DNA of 64,000 nt from the NCBI GenBank assembly GCA_964291315.2, contig OZ219753.1, positions 1,344,001 through 1,408,000 of the forward strand, given 5' to 3'. The translations under genes were made by a program, and so were the position numbers. Within the stretch, counting starts at the first letter, position 1, and each line of letters begins with the position of its first letter. The notes under the pieces are model-generated. The model searched no databases. It was given only the letters and a program-made list of their open reading frames with translations, and was not told the DNA's origin. Below are positions 1 through 10,140 of this stretch, one piece after another. Source of the stretch: Candidatus Poribacteria bacterium. GTDB lineage: Bacteria > Poribacteria > WGA-4E > WGA-3G.

Positions 1-295
1 CAAATGATGTCAATAAGCGAGTGATAACCAGTAAGCTCCTGATGTGTTTGCCGACATGGATGACACCGATGCGCCCACGCTTGTGCTTCGTCAGCACATA
101 CGCTTGCATCAGCACCCCTAAACCCGAGGAATCTAAACGATGTGCATGTGATAAATCTATCAAGATCCGAGGCGCATCGTAGGCGCTCACCTCTGGTAAT
201 ATCGCAGTCCGTAGCTCCGAGACACGCTCACCTATTATCTTGCCACGGGGCTCAACTATAACAACCCCTGCTTTATGACGAACCTCTGTTGACAT
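1..295 (-). CDS. STAS-domain anti-sigma factor antagonist (3' end outside window)
   Basis: Not in ORF track; manual translation from ATG 295 gives MSTEVRHKAGVVIVEPRGKIIG...ILIDLSHAHRLDSSGLGVL...; DSSGLG phospho-Ser motif; AGGAG RBS upstream. Confidence 0.8.
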   Translation of the reverse strand, partial: MSTEVRHKAGVVIVEPRGKIIGERVSELRTAILPEVSAYDAPRILIDLSHAHRLDSSGLGVLMQAYVLTKHKRGRIGVIHVGKHIRSLLVITRLLTSF

Positions 296-673
296 GACTC
301 TTCTCCTTCTTCGCAAACGCTACACATCTTCCAGCGAAACGTTCACAGTGCAAGCAAATGGAAATAGCTTTCAAATACTTCTTACAGAGAACAACATAAC
401 ACACAGGTTGCCCTCTTAATAGGTATAGATACATCTCGGAGAAAAAAGTTTGTTTTTTTTTATTTTTTTGTTCGCAGCAGAGGAAGATGAAGGGGATCGC
501 CCAAAAACGTTCACTCTTAACGCACAAGCGGTATGCGTTTTTCGGCGGTTCTTGTGACACTGCAACGGGGTCATATCAGTCTGGTTTGCTGTTATACCGG
601 ATTGTATAACATGTGTGGTCGTAGATTAGACTCTTCAGCGCAAGTATGTGGTGTACGTTCGGGTGTATCTAGT

Positions 674-1843
674 TCATAGTGCGGAGAGCTCTGGTAGCTC
701 TACCCACTTGCGGGTTTGGCAAGATTCCATGCCTTTTTCTGCTAATTGCACGCCCTTCGCGCCTGCAAGGAGGGTCCACGGAAACGGTTCGTCAGCCACG
801 ATATGTCGAAGGAACAGCTCCCACTGTGCTCTAAATGCGTTCTCATAGGCTTCCTGTTCTGGTATTTTGAGCCATCCATCGAAGAATTGAATCGGTTGCT
901 CTATGTCAGGATTCCAGACGGGACGTGGGGTGCCGGAAAGCGGTTGGATCCAACAATCCCTCAAGCCTGCAACAGCGGAGCCGTTCAAACCGTCTACGTG
1001 TAGAGTCAGCAGATCGTCCCGCCGAACCCTGACCGCCCAAGATGAGTTAAAGTGTGCAATGATGCCGTTTTTCAATTCAAACGTTGCATAGGCGGCATCT
1101 TCAGCTGTGCAGGTGTAAGGTTTGCCTTCCTCATCCCATCTTTCTGGCAGATGCGTCGCAGCGATACAGGAAACGGAGTTGACTGCCCCGAATAGGTGGT
1201 CGATGACGTATCGCCAGTGACTGAACATGTCGAGAATAATACCGCCTCCGTCTTGGGCACGGTAGTTCCAGGAGGGGCGCTGCGTGGGAATGGCATCGCC
1301 TCGGAAAACCCAATAGCCGAACTCACCTCGCACTGCGAGAATCTCTCCGAAAAAGTCAGCATCTATCAGGCGTTTCAATTTCTGAATGCCGGGCAGCCAG
1401 AGCTTATCCTGAACGACACCGTTCTTGAGTCCGGCTTTCGCTGCTTGTTCATAGAGACTATAAGCGTCATCGGTAGTGGTAGCAGTCGGTTTTTCACAAT
1501 AGATGTGTTTGCCAGCGCGTATTGCGGCTTGGACTGCCTCGACCCGGCGTGAGGTAACTTGTGCGTCGAAATAGACAGCGTAAGAATCATCAGCGAGGGC
1601 GGTATCGAGATCCGTGCTCCACTTCTCAACACCGGTAGTTGCAGCTAATCTCTCAAGCTTCTCTGCACTCCTACCGACGAGAAACGGTTCGGGCATAATA
1701 ACGCTGCCATCCCCGATCGGAATGCCCCCGTCTTCTGCAATTGCCAATATAGATCGGATAAGATGCTGGTTTGTTCCCATCCGGCCGGTCACACCGTTCA
1801 TGATGATACCGACGCGGTGTGTCTGCTGGGTATGATTCGCCAT
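674..1843 (-). CDS. Gfo/Idh/MocA family NAD(P)-dependent oxidoreductase
   Basis: GVTGRMG Rossmann motif, KHIYCEKP motif, GGGIILD. Confidence 0.85.
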   Translation of the reverse strand: MANHTQQTHRVGIIMNGVTGRMGTNQHLIRSILAIAEDGGIPIGDGSVIMPEPFLVGRSAEKLERLAATTGVEKWSTDLDTALADDSYAVYFDAQVTSRRVEAVQAAIRAGKHIYCEKPTATTTDDAYSLYEQAAKAGLKNGVVQDKLWLPGIQKLKRLIDADFFGEILAVRGEFGYWVFRGDAIPTQRPSWNYRAQDGGGIILDMFSHWRYVIDHLFGAVNSVSCIAATHLPERWDEEGKPYTCTAEDAAYATFELKNGIIAHFNSSWAVRVRRDDLLTLHVDGLNGSAVAGLRDCWIQPLSGTPRPVWNPDIEQPIQFFDGWLKIPEQEAYENAFRAQWELFLRHIVADEPFPWTLLAGAKGVQLAEKGMESCQTRKWVELPELSAL

Positions 1844-1857
1844 ATATAGTCCTTTGG

Positions 1858-2301
1858 TTAAGGTTTGTCAGTGCATTGCGGAGCTGCGCCCGCTGGCAGG
1901 GGCGGTGCGTCAACGCCGGCCTTCGGGAGAGTGCCAGCGAGTTCCTGTTTCCAGTGAGCTACATCGCCCGCGGGACCGTAGCAGTAGACCATATGCATCG
2001 GCGTGTCGCTGGTATTTGTCAATTGATGGAAACTCCAAGACGGGATAAATACAGTCTGCCCCGCCGAGATGGTTTGACGTTCCTCGCCGAGACACATTTC
2101 GCCCTCACCTTCAACGATGAAGTAGATCTCTTCTTGTTCATGGTTGTGCCATGGCACTTGTCCACCGTTCGGTTCTAAGACGACAAACCCGAGACAGAAT
2201 TCATCTATCTGGATCGGAGAGGCACCACCGACGAGATTTCTGGTGAGTCTACGGGCCGGATAGGTTCGCCCATCCATTTCGTTTATGTCTGCGATTAGCA
2301 T
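1858..2301 (-). CDS. Cupin domain protein
   Basis: PWHNHEQEEIYFIVEGEG and FIPSWSFHQL cupin motifs. Confidence 0.85.
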   Translation of the reverse strand: MLIADINEMDGRTYPARRLTRNLVGGASPIQIDEFCLGFVVLEPNGGQVPWHNHEQEEIYFIVEGEGEMCLGEERQTISAGQTVFIPSWSFHQLTNTSDTPMHMVYCYGPAGDVAHWKQELAGTLPKAGVDAPPLPAGAAPQCTDKP

Positions 2302-2351
2302 GTCTATTGTCCTTTCAAGGAAGCTGTCTTTTTTTCGAGAGCGGATTTATC

Positions 2352-2394
2352 TATTATATAGGCGTGCTTTGCCGTCATGCACGCCTATATAATA
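2352..2394. terminator. Perfect 16-bp inverted repeat downstream of ppdK (terminator or mRNA-stabilising hairpin)
   Basis: TATTATATAGGCGTGC (2352-2367) / GCACGCCTATATAATA (2379-2394), 11-nt loop; no clear U-tract. Confidence 0.55.
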
Positions 2395-2414
2395 ACAAGA
2401 CACGTCCGTTTACA

Positions 2415-5048
2415 CTAACCCTCATTTTCAATGACAGCTTGTGCTGCGGCGAGTCGTGCAATCGGCACACGGAACGGCGAGCACGATACGTAATCGAAGT
2501 CTAAGCCGTGGCAGAACTTCACAGAATTCGGCTCCCCGCCATGTTCACCACAGATACCGAGTTTGAGATCGGGCCGTGTTGCACGCCCTTTTTCAGAACC
2601 GATTTGCAAAAGACTGCCAACACCGTCCTGGTCGAGTACCTGGAACGGGTCATATTCAAGAATACCGTTTCTGACGTAGGTATCAAGAAATTTCACTGCG
2701 TCATCACGACTCATGCCGAATGTCGTCTGGGTGAGATCATTGGTGCCGTATGAGAAGAATTCGGCCTCGGCAGCGATTTTGTCAGCCGTGAGTGCTGCAC
2801 GTGGTAGTTCAATCATCGTGCCGATAAGATACTCGACGCGCGTGTTGGTCTGTTTAAACACAGTTTCTGCTGTTTCAACAACAATCTTGCGCTGTAAAGA
2901 TAATTCGTTGATGTGACCGACAAGTGGAATCATAATCTCTGGTAAGACGGGGATCCCCCGTTTTGAGACCTCGACAGCGGCTTCAAAGATGCCCCGGGCT
3001 TGCATCTCGGTTATCTCTGGATAGACGATACCGAGTCTACATCCACGATGCCCAAGCATCGGATTAAACTCATGCAGTTCTTCAACACGCCCCCGCAGTT
3101 TTTCTGGTTCCACATCGATGCGAGCAGCCAATTCAAGGATCTCAGCCTCGCTTTTCGGCAGGAATTCATGGAGCGGTGGATCAAGCGTGCGAATCGTGAC
3201 CGGGTAACCCGCCATCGCCTCGAAAATACCGATGAAGTCTGAGCGCTGATGTGGGAGCAATTTTGTCAATGCTTGCTGGCGTTCTTCTATATCATCAGCA
3301 AGTATCATCTCACGCACAGCATCAATCCCCGTGCCGAAGAACATATGTTCGGTGCGACAGAGACCGATCCCTTCCGCGCCAAATTGCCTAGCATTTTTCG
3401 CATCTTCAGGCGTATCGGCGTTCGTGCGAATGCCTAAGGTTCGGATTTCATCCGCCCATTCCATGAGAGTTCCGAATTGACCACTCAGCTCAGGCTGGAT
3501 AAGCGCGACCTTTCCCTCGAGAACATCCCCCGTAGATCCGTTGAGCGTGATGAAATCACCTTCAGTGTAGCGTTTCCCCTCAGCGTAAAATTCTCGTGCT
3601 TTTTCATTAATGAACAGAGTAGAGCATCCTGCCACACAGCACTTACCCATCCCGCGGGCGACGACCGCAGCGTGGCTTGTCATGCCTCCGCGGGCAGTGA
3701 GGATCCCCTCTGCGGCATCCATGCCGCCGATGTCCTCTGGTGATGTTTCCGTACGAACGAGAATAACCTTTTCCCCTTTGGCCGCGAGTTCTTCAGCGTG
3801 GAGGGCAGTGAAAACAACTTTGCCAACAGCAGCACCCGGGGAGGCAGGCAAACCTTGTGCGATCACTTCAACGTTAGCCTCCGGGTCAACGCTCGGATGC
3901 AGCAGCTGATCGAGATCGTTGGCCGGGACGCGCGTTAAAGCCGTCCGCTTATCGATTAAACGTTCCTCAGCCATCTCAACAGCGATGCGAACAGCGGCTT
4001 GACCGGTACGTTTCCCGTTACGGGTCTGGAGCATGTAGAGTTTGCCGTCTTGAATCGTAAATTCTACATCTTGCATGTCGCGATAGTGCATCTCAAGATT
4101 TAAGCCGATCTCGACCAATTCTTCATGCACATCGGGCAAGATGTTTTTCAATTCAGCGATGGGGAGCGGTGTACGGATGCCGGCGACCACATCTTCGCCT
4201 TGGGCATTCATGAGGAATTCTCCATAGAACTGGTTTGCCCCAGTTGACGGGTTCCGGGTGAAGGCTACTCCTGTCCCAGAACTTCCGCCCATATTTCCGA
4301 ATACCATCGCTTGGACGTTAACAGCGGTACGCCCGAGCTCCTCGGAAATATCGTTGAGCCGACGGTAGGTAATAGCCCGCTGGTTTCCAGAAGATTCAAA
4401 AACAGCATCTCGTGCCATGTCTAGCTGCTGTCGAGGTTCATCAGGAAAATCATCGCCTGTGTGCTGTCTAACAATGTTCTTAAACTCTTGGACGAGTTCC
4501 ACTAAATCATGGGCTTCTAATTCAGTATCTAACGTAACGCCCTTAGTCTTTTTCTTTTCTTCGAGTAAATGCTCAAATTCATCGTGATCGACGTTAAGCA
4601 CAACATTTCCAAACATCTGGACGAAGCGCCGGTAGGCATCATAAGCGAAACGTTTGTTTTCGGATTTAGCGATCAGCCCTTTAACTGCATCATCATTTAA
4701 ACCGAGGTTGAGAATTGTATCCATCATACCGGGCATCGAGACAGCAGCCCCAGAACGCACAGAAAGGAGGAGTGGGTTTTCGGTATCACCGAATTTTGAA
4801 CCGAGGGCGGCCTCTAATTTCGCTAAGTTCTCGTCAATCTGTTCGTCGAGCCCAGCGGGGTACTGTTTGTCATTTTCGTAGTATAATTTACAGACCTCAG
4901 TGGAGATAGTGAAGCCGGGCGGAACAGGGATACCGAGATTGCTCATCTCCGCAAGATTTGCTCCTTTCCCGCCGAGGAGCGACCGCATTGTAGCGTCGCC
5001 TTCGCTCTCACTACCTCCAAAGAAGTAGACATACTTTGGTTGTGGCAT
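2415..5048 (-). CDS. ppdK: Pyruvate, phosphate dikinase
   Basis: LLGGKGANLAEM, SVRSGA, GGMTSHAAVVARG phospho-His motif, GLCRTEHMF, SYGTNDLTQ; AGGAGG RBS. Confidence 0.97.
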   Translation of the reverse strand: MPQPKYVYFFGGSESEGDATMRSLLGGKGANLAEMSNLGIPVPPGFTISTEVCKLYYENDKQYPAGLDEQIDENLAKLEAALGSKFGDTENPLLLSVRSGAAVSMPGMMDTILNLGLNDDAVKGLIAKSENKRFAYDAYRRFVQMFGNVVLNVDHDEFEHLLEEKKKTKGVTLDTELEAHDLVELVQEFKNIVRQHTGDDFPDEPRQQLDMARDAVFESSGNQRAITYRRLNDISEELGRTAVNVQAMVFGNMGGSSGTGVAFTRNPSTGANQFYGEFLMNAQGEDVVAGIRTPLPIAELKNILPDVHEELVEIGLNLEMHYRDMQDVEFTIQDGKLYMLQTRNGKRTGQAAVRIAVEMAEERLIDKRTALTRVPANDLDQLLHPSVDPEANVEVIAQGLPASPGAAVGKVVFTALHAEELAAKGEKVILVRTETSPEDIGGMDAAEGILTARGGMTSHAAVVARGMGKCCVAGCSTLFINEKAREFYAEGKRYTEGDFITLNGSTGDVLEGKVALIQPELSGQFGTLMEWADEIRTLGIRTNADTPEDAKNARQFGAEGIGLCRTEHMFFGTGIDAVREMILADDIEERQQALTKLLPHQRSDFIGIFEAMAGYPVTIRTLDPPLHEFLPKSEAEILELAARIDVEPEKLRGRVEELHEFNPMLGHRGCRLGIVYPEITEMQARGIFEAAVEVSKRGIPVLPEIMIPLVGHINELSLQRKIVVETAETVFKQTNTRVEYLIGTMIELPRAALTADKIAAEAEFFSYGTNDLTQTTFGMSRDDAVKFLDTYVRNGILEYDPFQVLDQDGVGSLLQIGSEKGRATRPDLKLGICGEHGGEPNSVKFCHGLDFDYVSCSPFRVPIARLAAAQAVIENEG

Positions 5049-5090
5049 CAAAAGCCTCCTATGATTGGTTATTAGTGTTGTATTGTATCG

Positions 5091-5167
5091 TCATCGGCAT
5101 TCAGTAGACGATGGCAGCGGTTTTTATCGTTTTCACCTGCCACAAGATCTGCTCTACTGAACGCTGG
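5091..5167. repeat. Intergenic palindromic element (heptamer-armed family)
   Basis: TTCAGTAGA (5100-5108)/TCTACTGAA (5153-5161) outer stem and TGGCAG/CTGCCA inner stem. Confidence 0.5.
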
Positions 5168-5188
5168 GGTTATTTCGTTGACAACTCT

Positions 5189-6547
5189 TTAAATTGAGTA
5201 AATTGTACGGCTTGCTTCGTCAAATTCGGGTTTAAAAGGATCCGTTGAAAGATAAAGAATCTGGTATGGCTCATAAAGTTGAATATAACTCCAATTCACC
5301 CCGCACAGCACTTTCCCTTGGTTTACTTTTTTGATGAATTTGCCTCTAAACTTGGCTCTCGTGCGTTCAGGCGGGAAATTTTCAGCACGCCGAATTTGCT
5401 CGTCTCCGACAATCCGTTCAATCTCGCCCCGATTTTCGAGCGCATAGTAAAGACTTTCTTGCTGCCGTACGTTATGGTATTTTAAATCCAAGTGTTTGAC
5501 TTGCGGAGCGTCCCAATCAAAACCGCGTCTTGTGAGATATGTCTGTAACCACTTCCACTTAATCACCCAATCCAATTCGCGATCCAGCTGCGTTGGATCA
5601 CTTTCTAAACAGGTGAGGACATACTCCCATCGCGCCATAATTTGTGTTGTCGTTGCATCAGATTCGGCTTGTTCGAGGTAGCGTTTTGCACACTCTAAAT
5701 ACTGCCATTGCAGCTGAACAGCCGAGACTCGCTTTCCGTTTTGAAGTTCAATGAGGTGCTTGCAGGTAATGTCATTAGAAATATCGCGTATAGCTCTAAC
5801 GGGGTTCCGAAGGGCGAAACGTTGTTCAATGAAATTGTCTTCAATCATACGGAGGATAATGCCGGTGGTTCCGACTTTCAAAAAAGTGGAAAATTCGGAC
5901 ATGTTTGAATCTCCCACGATAACGTGTAAGCGCCTATATTTCTCCCGATCCGCATGCGGTTCATCGCGTGTGTTGATAATTCCGCGTGCGGTTGTTGTGC
6001 CGATAGAGATTTCTTCCCGGATGTGTTCAGCCCGCTGCGAGATGGCGTAATAACCTTGATGCCTCGGTTTGATTTTCCCCCCGCCTGTGAAGACCTGCCG
6101 CGTCACAAAGAATGGAATCAGCTGTGCTGCGATCTGTCGAAAATCGACATGACGCTCCATCAAATAGTTTTCATGGCATCCGTATGTATTTCCGGGGGTA
6201 TCCAAGTTGTTCTTAAAAATGGATATCCTGCCGAAGAATCCATCATTGCGCATGCGTCTTTCAGCTGTTGTTGCAAGGCGCGTAATGATACGCTCACCTG
6301 CCTTATCGTGAGCAACCAGCTCAGCAACGTCATCACACTCTGGGGTAGCATATTCTGGATGGCATCCTATATCTTGATAAAACCTTGCACCGTTTTCAAG
6401 GAAAACATCAGGATACATTCTCCCCGCCACGATTTCGCGGAAGAGATACATCACAACGTTCTGGACAGTGAGTGTTTTTCTACGCGGCGCGTCCGGGGTC
6501 CAGATGATCCCGAATTCAGTTTCCAGTCCGTAAATCCTACGATTCAT
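5189..6547 (-). CDS. pafA: Pup--protein ligase
   Basis: RRIYGLETEFG, DIGCHPEYATPECD, NTRDEPHAD, RRLHVIVGDSNMSE; lacks Dop loop; last gene of Pup operon. Confidence 0.93.
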   Translation of the reverse strand: MNRRIYGLETEFGIIWTPDAPRRKTLTVQNVVMYLFREIVAGRMYPDVFLENGARFYQDIGCHPEYATPECDDVAELVAHDKAGERIITRLATTAERRMRNDGFFGRISIFKNNLDTPGNTYGCHENYLMERHVDFRQIAAQLIPFFVTRQVFTGGGKIKPRHQGYYAISQRAEHIREEISIGTTTARGIINTRDEPHADREKYRRLHVIVGDSNMSEFSTFLKVGTTGIILRMIEDNFIEQRFALRNPVRAIRDISNDITCKHLIELQNGKRVSAVQLQWQYLECAKRYLEQAESDATTTQIMARWEYVLTCLESDPTQLDRELDWVIKWKWLQTYLTRRGFDWDAPQVKHLDLKYHNVRQQESLYYALENRGEIERIVGDEQIRRAENFPPERTRAKFRGKFIKKVNQGKVLCGVNWSYIQLYEPYQILYLSTDPFKPEFDEASRTIYSI

Positions 6548-6631
6548 CAATTACCTCTCGATAAATACCTTTGCCATCATGAACTTGGCTGTATTTGCAA
6601 ACAAACGGTGTCACATTGAATAGTTGGCAGA

Positions 6632-7357
6632 TCATGAGAGAAGATATGTGATCTCTTCAGTCGAAAGGCGACGGAATCTCCGGCGTTCAGCGGTCTGCTC
6701 AAGACAAGCAACCTCTATGGTTTGGGGGGTGATTTGATGCCCGGCTTCGAGCTCTGTCTCTGTTTCAACACTCTGAAAGGTTTCTGTTACGAGTCGGAGT
6801 GCTGCCGCCATTTCTAGTCCATCCGTATAATCTTGTTCCAGCCTTTCTGTTATCGCAGTAGTACGCCCGCCAATAACGGCATACTTTTCTTCTTCCGAGT
6901 AGATACCATCGAACGCAATATGGTAAATCTGAGTGTGTTGTCGCCGGCTTGTTCCTTCGTTACCGGCCATCCCGATTTCACACACAAGGAGTTCGATCTC
7001 CAAAGGTTTCGCATCCCATGCTTGGGCAACTGCCCCCATATGTTGTGAGTAGAGGTTGGTTAGCCATTTTGCAGTGACATCCTCTCGGTAGTACCGGAAC
7101 CCTTTGATTTCAGATTCTCGGATACCGGCGACGCGTAATGCTTCATATTCAGCAATCCGCCCTGCCGCTGCAAGAGCGATTCGGTCATAAATTTCGGAAA
7201 TCTTATAAATGGTTTTGCGCGGGTTCTCGGCAACCATGAGGAGACCCCCTCGGTATTCTAAGACGACTACCTCTTTTGCCTGTGCAATGCCGCGTCGGAC
7301 AAAATCTTCTTTATCCTGACGAATTTGATCGGGGGAAACATAATAAGGTGTGGACAT
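6632..7357 (-). CDS. prcA: 20S proteasome alpha subunit
   Basis: MSTPYYVSPDQ N-terminus, KISEIYDRIALAAAG, RRRFRRL; actinobacterial-type PrcA features. Confidence 0.93.
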   Translation of the reverse strand: MSTPYYVSPDQIRQDKEDFVRRGIAQAKEVVVLEYRGGLLMVAENPRKTIYKISEIYDRIALAAAGRIAEYEALRVAGIRESEIKGFRYYREDVTAKWLTNLYSQHMGAVAQAWDAKPLEIELLVCEIGMAGNEGTSRRQHTQIYHIAFDGIYSEEEKYAVIGGRTTAITERLEQDYTDGLEMAAALRLVTETFQSVETETELEAGHQITPQTIEVACLEQTAERRRFRRLSTEEITYLLS

Positions 7358-7433
7358 GTCTGTGTTTTTTGTGTTCCGAGGAGTACGAAGACGACATTAG
7401 TGCCAGTTGACTATAGGTGCATTGAACTCAGCA

Positions 7434-8228
7434 CTATAGACGGGCTATCAACCTTCTATAGAGCTCTTCAACAGTCGTCTCAGGAATGTCGGTCACTCCT
7501 TCTTTAGTGACGGTGTAAAACGTAGGGAAGATTTTCCGAATGAGATCAGGGCCACCTGTTGCTATATCCTCATCAGCAGCATCCCAGAGGGCTTCTGCGG
7601 CGATGTCAAGTGTTTCCGGATAGGCGATTCCTGGCTTATACCGTTTTTTAAGCGTCGCGCGTGCATCTTTGCCACCGGAGCCGATAGCGTAATAGTCCGC
7701 TTCCTCATAACGACCACCGACGGCATCATATTTAAATATCCTACCGCGTTGTTGTTTTAAGTCAAAACCGGCAAAGAGCGGCAAGACGACTAATCCCTGC
7801 ATAGCGAGCCCGAGGTTTGATCGTACTAAGTGGGCAAGGAAGTTTGCCTGCCCTTCCAAGCTCAGACGGATACCTTCCGTTTTTTCATAAAATTCAACTT
7901 CAACTTGGAAGAGCTTTGCCATCTCAATGCAAGGGCCGGCGGCTCCCGCAACAGCGATTGCAGAGTGCCGATCCACCGGATAGACTTTCTGGATCCGCCG
8001 CTCACCAACTTGATGCCCTTCTGTTGCCTGCCGGTCACCAGCCATAATAACCCCAGCATTATAGACCACAGCAAGCACTGTTGTCCCTTCATAATATTGG
8101 GCGGAGGACTCCGTTATAACGGAATTGGAACCAGTATTAGACGAATGGAGCCCTGTTAACAATTCAGGATGGCGACGTTTGAGGATTTCAAAGAAGTTAG
8201 CGGTGCCATAGTCGCTGAGATCAAGCAC
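7434..8228 (-). CDS. prcB: 20S proteasome beta subunit (48-aa propeptide)
   Basis: G|TTVLAV processing site giving Thr1, with Asp17 and Lys33 in register; GSGG; DIATGG. Confidence 0.94.
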   Translation of the reverse strand: MLDLSDYGTANFFEILKRRHPELLTGLHSSNTGSNSVITESSAQYYEGTTVLAVVYNAGVIMAGDRQATEGHQVGERRIQKVYPVDRHSAIAVAGAAGPCIEMAKLFQVEVEFYEKTEGIRLSLEGQANFLAHLVRSNLGLAMQGLVVLPLFAGFDLKQQRGRIFKYDAVGGRYEEADYYAIGSGGKDARATLKKRYKPGIAYPETLDIAAEALWDAADEDIATGGPDLIRKIFPTFYTVTKEGVTDIPETTVEELYRRLIARL

Positions 8229-8230
8229 TC

Positions 8231-8428
8231 CTATTGCCCTCCCCGCTGGATATAGTTTTCGACGAATTCCTGTGAATTTTCTTCCAAGATGTCATCAATT
8301 TCATCAAGGAGCGCATCTAAGTTTTCAACAAATTCCTCGTCCATTTCGCCCTGCTCAACGTTCGGCTGAATCTCTTCGGTTCCATCAACCTGCCGATCAA
8401 GGTGTTCCTGTTGTTTTTCAGTAGACAT
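8231..8428 (-). CDS. pup: Prokaryotic ubiquitin-like protein Pup (C-terminal GGQ)
   Basis: 65 aa, acidic, LDALLDEIDDILEENSQEFVENYIQRGGQ; AGGAG RBS; between dop and prcB. Confidence 0.95.
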   Translation of the reverse strand: MSTEKQQEHLDRQVDGTEEIQPNVEQGEMDEEFVENLDALLDEIDDILEENSQEFVENYIQRGGQ

Positions 8429-8505
8429 TGTTTTCTCCTTTTATACGTATCGGTATCTAATTAAAGCGTTTGTAGCGGTTGTGTTTTGTTCCGCTGCTAC
8501 AATTG

Positions 8506-10053
8506 CTACTGACTGTTGACCCCTGACGACTGCTTTGAAGCATCGCCTCGGATATCCCTAACGAGTTCCTCTGCTGTACAAGTATTCAGCAACTCGCCAA
8601 CGATCTGTTGTGTACCGAAGTGGGGGCGATCCATTATAATTTTGTCAAGCCCCCCTGACTTACTGATAAAAATCATTGAGTTCCAGCTTGCACTATAAAT
8701 GCTCTCTGGAAATTTCCGTAAACAGGTTCCGCGAAAGTATGCCCGCGTATCTATAGGTGGATAATGCATCGCATGCACAACTTCTTCGTGGCTCAGTAAA
8801 CGTTTAACATGACCATTCTTCGCTAGTCTCATATAGAGTCCTCTGTCTGGACGAAGATCATGGTATTGCAAGTCTAACATCTGGAGGTGTGAATCGTCCC
8901 ATTGATATCCATGGCGCCTCCGATAGGCATCCAGTAACTTTTTTTTGATAACCCAATCGAGATAGTGCCCTAATCGGCTCGGGTCAACCGCTAAGTTATC
9001 AAGCACGTACTGCCATTTTTCAAGTACATCTTCGATCACGGGGGTCCGTTCTTCAGCTGTGAGATGTTGCCGGGCCAGCTCAAGGTATGCGCGTTGCACC
9101 TCTATCGGGGTCCACGCCCTTCCGTCTTGGAGTTCTATCGGGTTTTTGCAGGAAAGATCGCGCGAGATGCTTTTTATCGCCGCGACCGGTTCCTTCAAAC
9201 TAAATTGATCTTCGACAACCCCCTTTTCAATCAGCTGGAGTGCAATCATAGTAATACCAGCCTTGAGATAGATGCTGAACTCCGACATGTTAGAATCACC
9301 AACGATGACATGCAACCGGCGATAGTGTTTGTCATCTGCGTGTGGTTCATCGCGCGTGTTAATGAGCGGCCGATTTACCATAGTACTCAGCCCCACTTCT
9401 TGTTCAAAGAAGTCGGCACGCTGAGAAATTTGATAATCTATGGTGTCAGCCGTATTTTCGGCACCGACTTTGCCGCTCCCGGTAATAATAATGCGAGTGA
9501 CAAGGAACGGGATTAAGCCATCAATAATGTCCTCAAACGGAATTTTTCGGGACATGAGGTAGTTCTCATGTGACCCGTAACTATGCCCCTTGTAATCGGT
9601 ATTGTTTTTATAGATGATAATCTCTTGATTGTCAAGCAGCAAACGTCCAGCTGCGGCTCTACTGACCTCTAATATTAATTCTCCTGCTTTTTCATACAGG
9701 AGCAGGTCGCGCGGGTTACTACATTCAGGCGTGCAATATTCAGGATGCGCGTGGTCCACATAATAACGTCCACCGTTTATCAAGATGTCGTTGACAGTGC
9801 TACCTGTGTCGGGCTCCGCAGGAATCCGATCCGCCTCGGCTTGAAACCCGCGGGCATCCATTAACGGACTCTCTTGTTCATAATCCCACGTGACAGAAGC
9901 ACCAGGGCTCGGCAGATCCGCGACGCAGCTTTTATACGCATTGACTACCAAAGTAGAGGCAGCGACGGGGTCTTGCTCACGCGCGTTTTTGACTGAGATA
10001 CCATACTCAGTCTCTGTTCCCATTATTATAGGAGTTCGCATTTTTTTCGCCAT
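8506..10053 (-). CDS. dop: Pup deamidase/depupylase Dop
   Basis: IMGTETEYG, Dop loop WDYEQESPLMDARG, YVDHAHPEY, DTRAYFRG; start placed at MAKKMR (ORF track extends to 10128). Confidence 0.93.
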   Translation of the reverse strand: MAKKMRTPIIMGTETEYGISVKNAREQDPVAASTLVVNAYKSCVADLPSPGASVTWDYEQESPLMDARGFQAEADRIPAEPDTGSTVNDILINGGRYYVDHAHPEYCTPECSNPRDLLLYEKAGELILEVSRAAAGRLLLDNQEIIIYKNNTDYKGHSYGSHENYLMSRKIPFEDIIDGLIPFLVTRIIITGSGKVGAENTADTIDYQISQRADFFEQEVGLSTMVNRPLINTRDEPHADDKHYRRLHVIVGDSNMSEFSIYLKAGITMIALQLIEKGVVEDQFSLKEPVAAIKSISRDLSCKNPIELQDGRAWTPIEVQRAYLELARQHLTAEERTPVIEDVLEKWQYVLDNLAVDPSRLGHYLDWVIKKKLLDAYRRRHGYQWDDSHLQMLDLQYHDLRPDRGLYMRLAKNGHVKRLLSHEEVVHAMHYPPIDTRAYFRGTCLRKFPESIYSASWNSMIFISKSGGLDKIIMDRPHFGTQQIVGELLNTCTAEELVRDIRGDASKQSSGVNSQ

Positions 10054-10140
10054 CGATAATTCATTGCGGCGGTTGCTGACGTTTGCACCTATCAAGACCG
10101 TTTTAGCTTCCAGCAACCGACAGTCCATAGCTGAAAGCCA

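Noticed and set aside
273-560. 95-aa minus-strand ORF
   Set aside because: Runs through A/T homopolymer promoter DNA and overlaps the better-supported STAS gene start
5954-6619. Long antisense ORFs (also 12647..13258, 16378..16923, 27010..27627, 42958..43551)
   Set aside because: Shadow frames opposite clearly conserved genes; no motifs or RBS
8231-8428. UBact rather than Pup
   Set aside because: C-terminus is QRGGQ with the Pup LLDEID..LEEN..EFV core, not the UBact R(S/T)G(E/Q) ending
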